A stretch of DNA of 64,000 nt from Marsupella aquatica (lineage: Eukaryota; Plantae; Marchantiophyta), in contig OZ316893.1 of the NCBI GenBank assembly GCA_973895155.1, forward strand, positions 26,834,798-26,898,797. Reading direction: 5' to 3'. Position 1 is the stretch's first letter, and each line of letters begins with the position of its first letter. A program made the translations under genes and the position numbers. The notes under the pieces were generated by a model. That model made no database searches. It was given only the letters and a program-made list of their open reading frames with translations, and was not told where the DNA came from. Positions 59,803 to 64,000 of this stretch are shown here, piece after piece.

Positions 59803-62800
59803 TAAAAACAGAAGGGGTAAAAATAAATTCAAAGTCCCCAAAATACAAAGGATACACCTTGCTTAAAATAAATAAAAATAAAAATACATATACAAAATCT
59901 CAATAAGACAAAGTAACCTCAGTAGGCTCCTTAACACAGGTATGGGTCCAGACTATTAATGCTAATGGTGAGCTCTATAAGCAAATGGTACTGTTCAATA
60001 GGTGTTCTATTTGAGTTCTTCGAGTGCCATTCTTTACTATTGGGACATGGGAACCTTACAAAGTATGTCAAAAGAGCATGTTAAATGTTGAGGTACAAGT
60101 TTTGGATTGTGGGGACCCACTTGAAGTTTTCGGCCACAACTCTGTTCGTTAAGTCTATTTAGGTTGAGAGTTTTTGTCCTTGGGTTTGCTTACTCACTGT
60201 TAAAGTATTGTGCAGAGTGGAACCCAAGTATAAAATTCAAACTCTTTATTCACACAGCTTCCATCGCTTCTCCATTCCCACAGCTTGTGCTCTCTCTTTG
60301 ACTCTCTTCCCTGTAGGCAAAACTTTTGTCTCTTCTCCTTACCAGCAACTCATGCTTTCTCTTTCAACTATTTTTTTCTTTCTATTTTCTAAAGGGAAAT
60401 ATGTGAACCCCGGAACAGTAAATCACAACATTTGAAGAGTAGACCTATGACTTTCAACTATCTTTTGCAAATGCAATTTTCATTCTGACCTGGCATATTT
60501 TGAGGACAATACTTTGGCTTTGACAAAATTGGGCTAGCACAACTAAAAATATAAAATAAGATGTGACATAAAATTAAGCTAAGTGAATCACTTGCATCAA
60601 AAGTTGTGTGATGGTAAAGAAAACAAGTGGGCGGGAAAGTGTCAAGACCACGGGTGAAGGAAAGCAATTTGGCCGTTAATTTTGTAGAAGGATTGTTAGG
60701 GTATCCAATGCAGTCTGGTGAGTTGTTAATTGTCGTGAGTACCACTTGGTTTCGCTTCCAATGACATTTTTATTCCTGTAAAAACTGTTTATAGGAGGAA
60801 GATTGAAATATATGTCTTTTAGTAATGAATACCTTGGGGCTGGACACAAACGACGGAAAATTGGGATTAAGGCCAATTATAAAGCAAGAAAGGCCGCTTC
60901 TAACTGTTTCCTCACTAGGTGGTCTAGACTTTCCAGTGTTGCATGGTCAAACGGTCATAGATTACTCCAGCACATTCTTTTTCAGGTTTCTTTTAAACAT
61001 TGGTCAAACTTTCATAGATTACTCTAGCCATTCTTTTTCATTGGCCCTTCGCTTTTTCTCCCTTGATTGAGTTTCTTGACTGAGGGATTTGTCTGATTTG
61101 TCTCCCGGTTGGGTGCTCTTTGTTTTTTGGCAGTTTGACATATATTTTTTCAGGTTGCTTTTGTTGTACTTTGTTGGCACTTTTTCAGTAAAATTGCTCC
61201 CCTTGCCCACCTACTGGTTAAGCAGTATGCCTTCCTTTATAGCCCTTATACATCCGACATGTGGCTAACATGACCCAACTTTGCTTCCGGTGGTTTTCCA
61301 TAGGGTAGTTCAATAGTTTTAAATTTGCGTGTTGGCACCCGCCTATAGCGTATTCACACTTGAGCCTATGTGCCCGGGTATGTACCTAGTTTCTCCTCTC
61401 TTGCTTGGGGAGAAAATCCATGTCTAAGGCGAGGTAATGAGGTATTTTAGCTCCTTGACATGACTCTGGGCATATGCGCACATGCAAAGCTTTTTACTGG
61501 ACCCAATAATCTAGCTAATAAAGGGCAATCAAAAGCTATTTTTGGGATACACTCTAGAATGTAGCATCTAGACTGAGACTCTAACTAGCCCAATCAAAAT
61601 GCTATTCTAGGGGCTACTCTCTAAAATGAAGCATCTCTAACATGAAGCGTCTAGACTGAGACTCTAACTAGGGCATAAGGGAAAATGAACACAAATAGTG
61701 AAGGTGAGGGCATAATTCAAAGTGAAGTTTTGGGTACCTTGATTCAAGGTCTATCAACAGTTCTGGATCATTCATGGAGTTTTTTTGGTTTGGTTTGTTT
61801 TGTTTTGAAAGGAAAGAAAAAGGAGTCCATCAAAGAACTCTTTTCAATTTGGGGGTCTATCAAGCAAATGTCTGAAGTGAGGGAAGGTGCAAACAAAAAA
61901 CAGAAATAACACAAAGATGATCAAGAATATAATGGAATCCTTTTGTTTTGCAAGGTTTTTGTTAAAATATTTCTCCTAGTCTTGTTTTTCAAGGAACGGG
62001 TAGTCATGCTGGTGGACTATTAAAATCTTTAGAAGAGAAATCAGAATATTACAGGACACTCTGCAACCTGTCGACAACGCCATAGATTGGGGTGACGTGA
62101 CCAAGCTCCTCAGAAATCAATCAGTGAGCATGCTCCTGAGGATTAACCACGTGGCACCAACATTTTATGCAGGAAACACAAGCAACATTTTGCGCTCTCC
62201 TCTGCTCCCAAATGAAACAATCACCATACACCCATGATGTAGATTGGAATTGTTTAATAAAATTCGTACAACTGCCAACTACATCATGAATTGTAGCCTC
62301 ACATTGAGTTACAGGGCCTCAAAGGCACGAAAGGAACGTGTGTTTACATTATTGTTGCAACATGATCGGATCTGCTATGCTTTGATCTATGCTGCTCGTC
62401 TCTCCTCCCATCGAAGGAAGGAAGAGAATTGCTGGCTTGCTTTTCAGGAAAGCGGTGCGTTGGCTGGGTTATGGATTTCCAGACCGCTTCTTCAGCCAAC
62501 GCCCGTTCTGTAGCTCTGTTGTGAAGCTCAGGTGGGTTTTGTTTCCTTCTCCAGAAACAAATTGAAAAACTTTAGAGCTTGAGTTTTACATCGATTTCAT
62601 GGAATATAACAACTTGATTTATTGCTTCTTTCTTTCGGATGGCTTAGGCTGGTTCGACATCAATATCCTGATCTGTCGACCCACCGCCGTTTACTTTGGC
62701 TTTCTTGTTTGGTGTCTTGGAATTTCATTACAGACATTCGTCCATGCTTTCGTCTTGGACAGGATCATTATTTCCGTCCGGTACGGGTGAAAAGCTGAGA

Positions 62801-63153
62801 GAAGAAGCAAGCACTACCTTGAAAGGGATAAATGAGTTGGATTACGACACATATGGGATGTCCTAAAATCTTCCTGACCTCCAATATATTCTGCCCGTGT
62901 TCATCACAGATGTGGGATTTTTTGGCACCCGTATGAGCAGCAGTATTCCACAGCGTCAGCCAACTTCAAAATGGATGTCGCTGCCTTGCTAACTTTTGGC
63001 AGAAGCTGTCTCATCACCGTGGCAGACAGCCTGTAGTGATCGAGAAGTGATCTTTCACCTGGTCTTTCTTCAGAATCTGCAGAATCTGAAACGGCTCACA
63101 AAGCACTTGTCTTTCCTGAATGTTTTGGTCAAGATTCAATTGAACTCCAAAAC

Positions 63154-63479
63154 ATGGATATACTGGAACTTTGGCCGGTTATCTTGTCTGTGGTGCTGAT
63201 TTGTGTTTTTTTTATCCTTGGTATTGTTCTCATCTTATTGCATGAGTTTCCTAGAAATAAGCTTGAGGGAGAGCACAAAGAAGTGGAAGAGTTTTCTGCC
63301 AAGGTAACCGAGAACCCGATAGTTCTGAGAAAAGAGACATGGCAGGCATGGGCTGGTGCACTACACCCAAGCTGGTTACTGGGGCTTCGACTTCTCGCAT
63401 TCCTCTATATGTTGGGATTGTTGATTACAGTGAGACTTCAAAGAGGAAGCTGGTTTTATTTTTTCTACTACTATACAGA
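63154..63479 (+). CDS. First coding exon of a conserved plant multi-pass membrane protein (At5g62960-like family); gene continues beyond the window
   Basis: N-terminal TM helix, then TW......LHPSWLLGLRLLAF..L.LL......G...FYYYT ending at a GA|GTAAGT donor. Confidence 0.72.
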
Positions 63480-64000
63480 GTAAGTTTGCTAGCTATTTGT
63501 ACTCCTTTCCACCTGGCTCTTTGTACTAGGACGTCTATTATGTACCAATCACGTTTACTGGAGAAGTTGTTATTCACCCATCCATCATCGTTTTACAATA
63601 ACCCTTCATGAGATTAATTTGGAGCCAGGGGTATGGCAATAACCCTGAATGACACGTTGATTAATTTGTAAGCCAGGGGTATGGCTGATTGCACGAGTGA
63701 TAGCCTAACGTTATCCCTTAGATTTTTTCTGCAGACTGTTCCTTCATTAGTGGATCGATGCGTCAAGGTACTTATGGCCCTAGAAGTTTAGAAGGACTCT
63801 TATGCTTCTCAGCAGCTTCTGAAACACCCACGGTTTCTAGACGTAATTTTAGAGATGAGTTTCCCACTAGACGTGGTTAAGATTCAATCCTTGAAAGACA
63901 CTGGCCAACTTCCTCTCTCTCAAATTGACTGGTCACCTGACTTCAACAATTGCTAAATATTCCACGACATGGTTCGAACATAGCTAGTTGCACTGTTAAC

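Noticed and set aside
61567-61671. Duplicated TCTAGACTGAGACTCTAACTAG
   Set aside because: A simple local duplication with no further structure.

Overview
Eukaryotic nuclear DNA from a land plant, probably a non-seed plant such as a bryophyte (inferred from gene and TE content). Two host genes flank a large TE block: a two-exon VAPYRIN-type MSP+ankyrin gene (2184-4450, -) and the first coding exon of a membrane-protein gene (63154-63479, +). The core (9085-42905) is a four-element nest whose junctions and target-site duplications (TSDs) can be read by eye. A copia-type solo LTR (TSD ATTAG) is interrupted by a ~9.8 kb Ty3/gypsy-type element (9303-42791, TSD CCAT), which is interrupted by two CACTA transposons (11845-25771, TSD TCT; 32522-42291, TSD TTG). 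The Ty3 element has a C5 DNA methyltransferase in frame between protease and RT, a PHD finger after integrase, a palindrome array in its leader, and split direct repeats (A1...B1-GC-A2-B2) instead of a normal LTR pair. The CACTAs carry an EDM2-like PHD cassette, a double-BRCT ORF, an RPL18a exon and a SET-domain exon. Downstream are a full-length decayed L1-clade LINE, a MULE remnant and truncated LINE fragments. All family assignments come from motif recognition by eye; no database searches were run.
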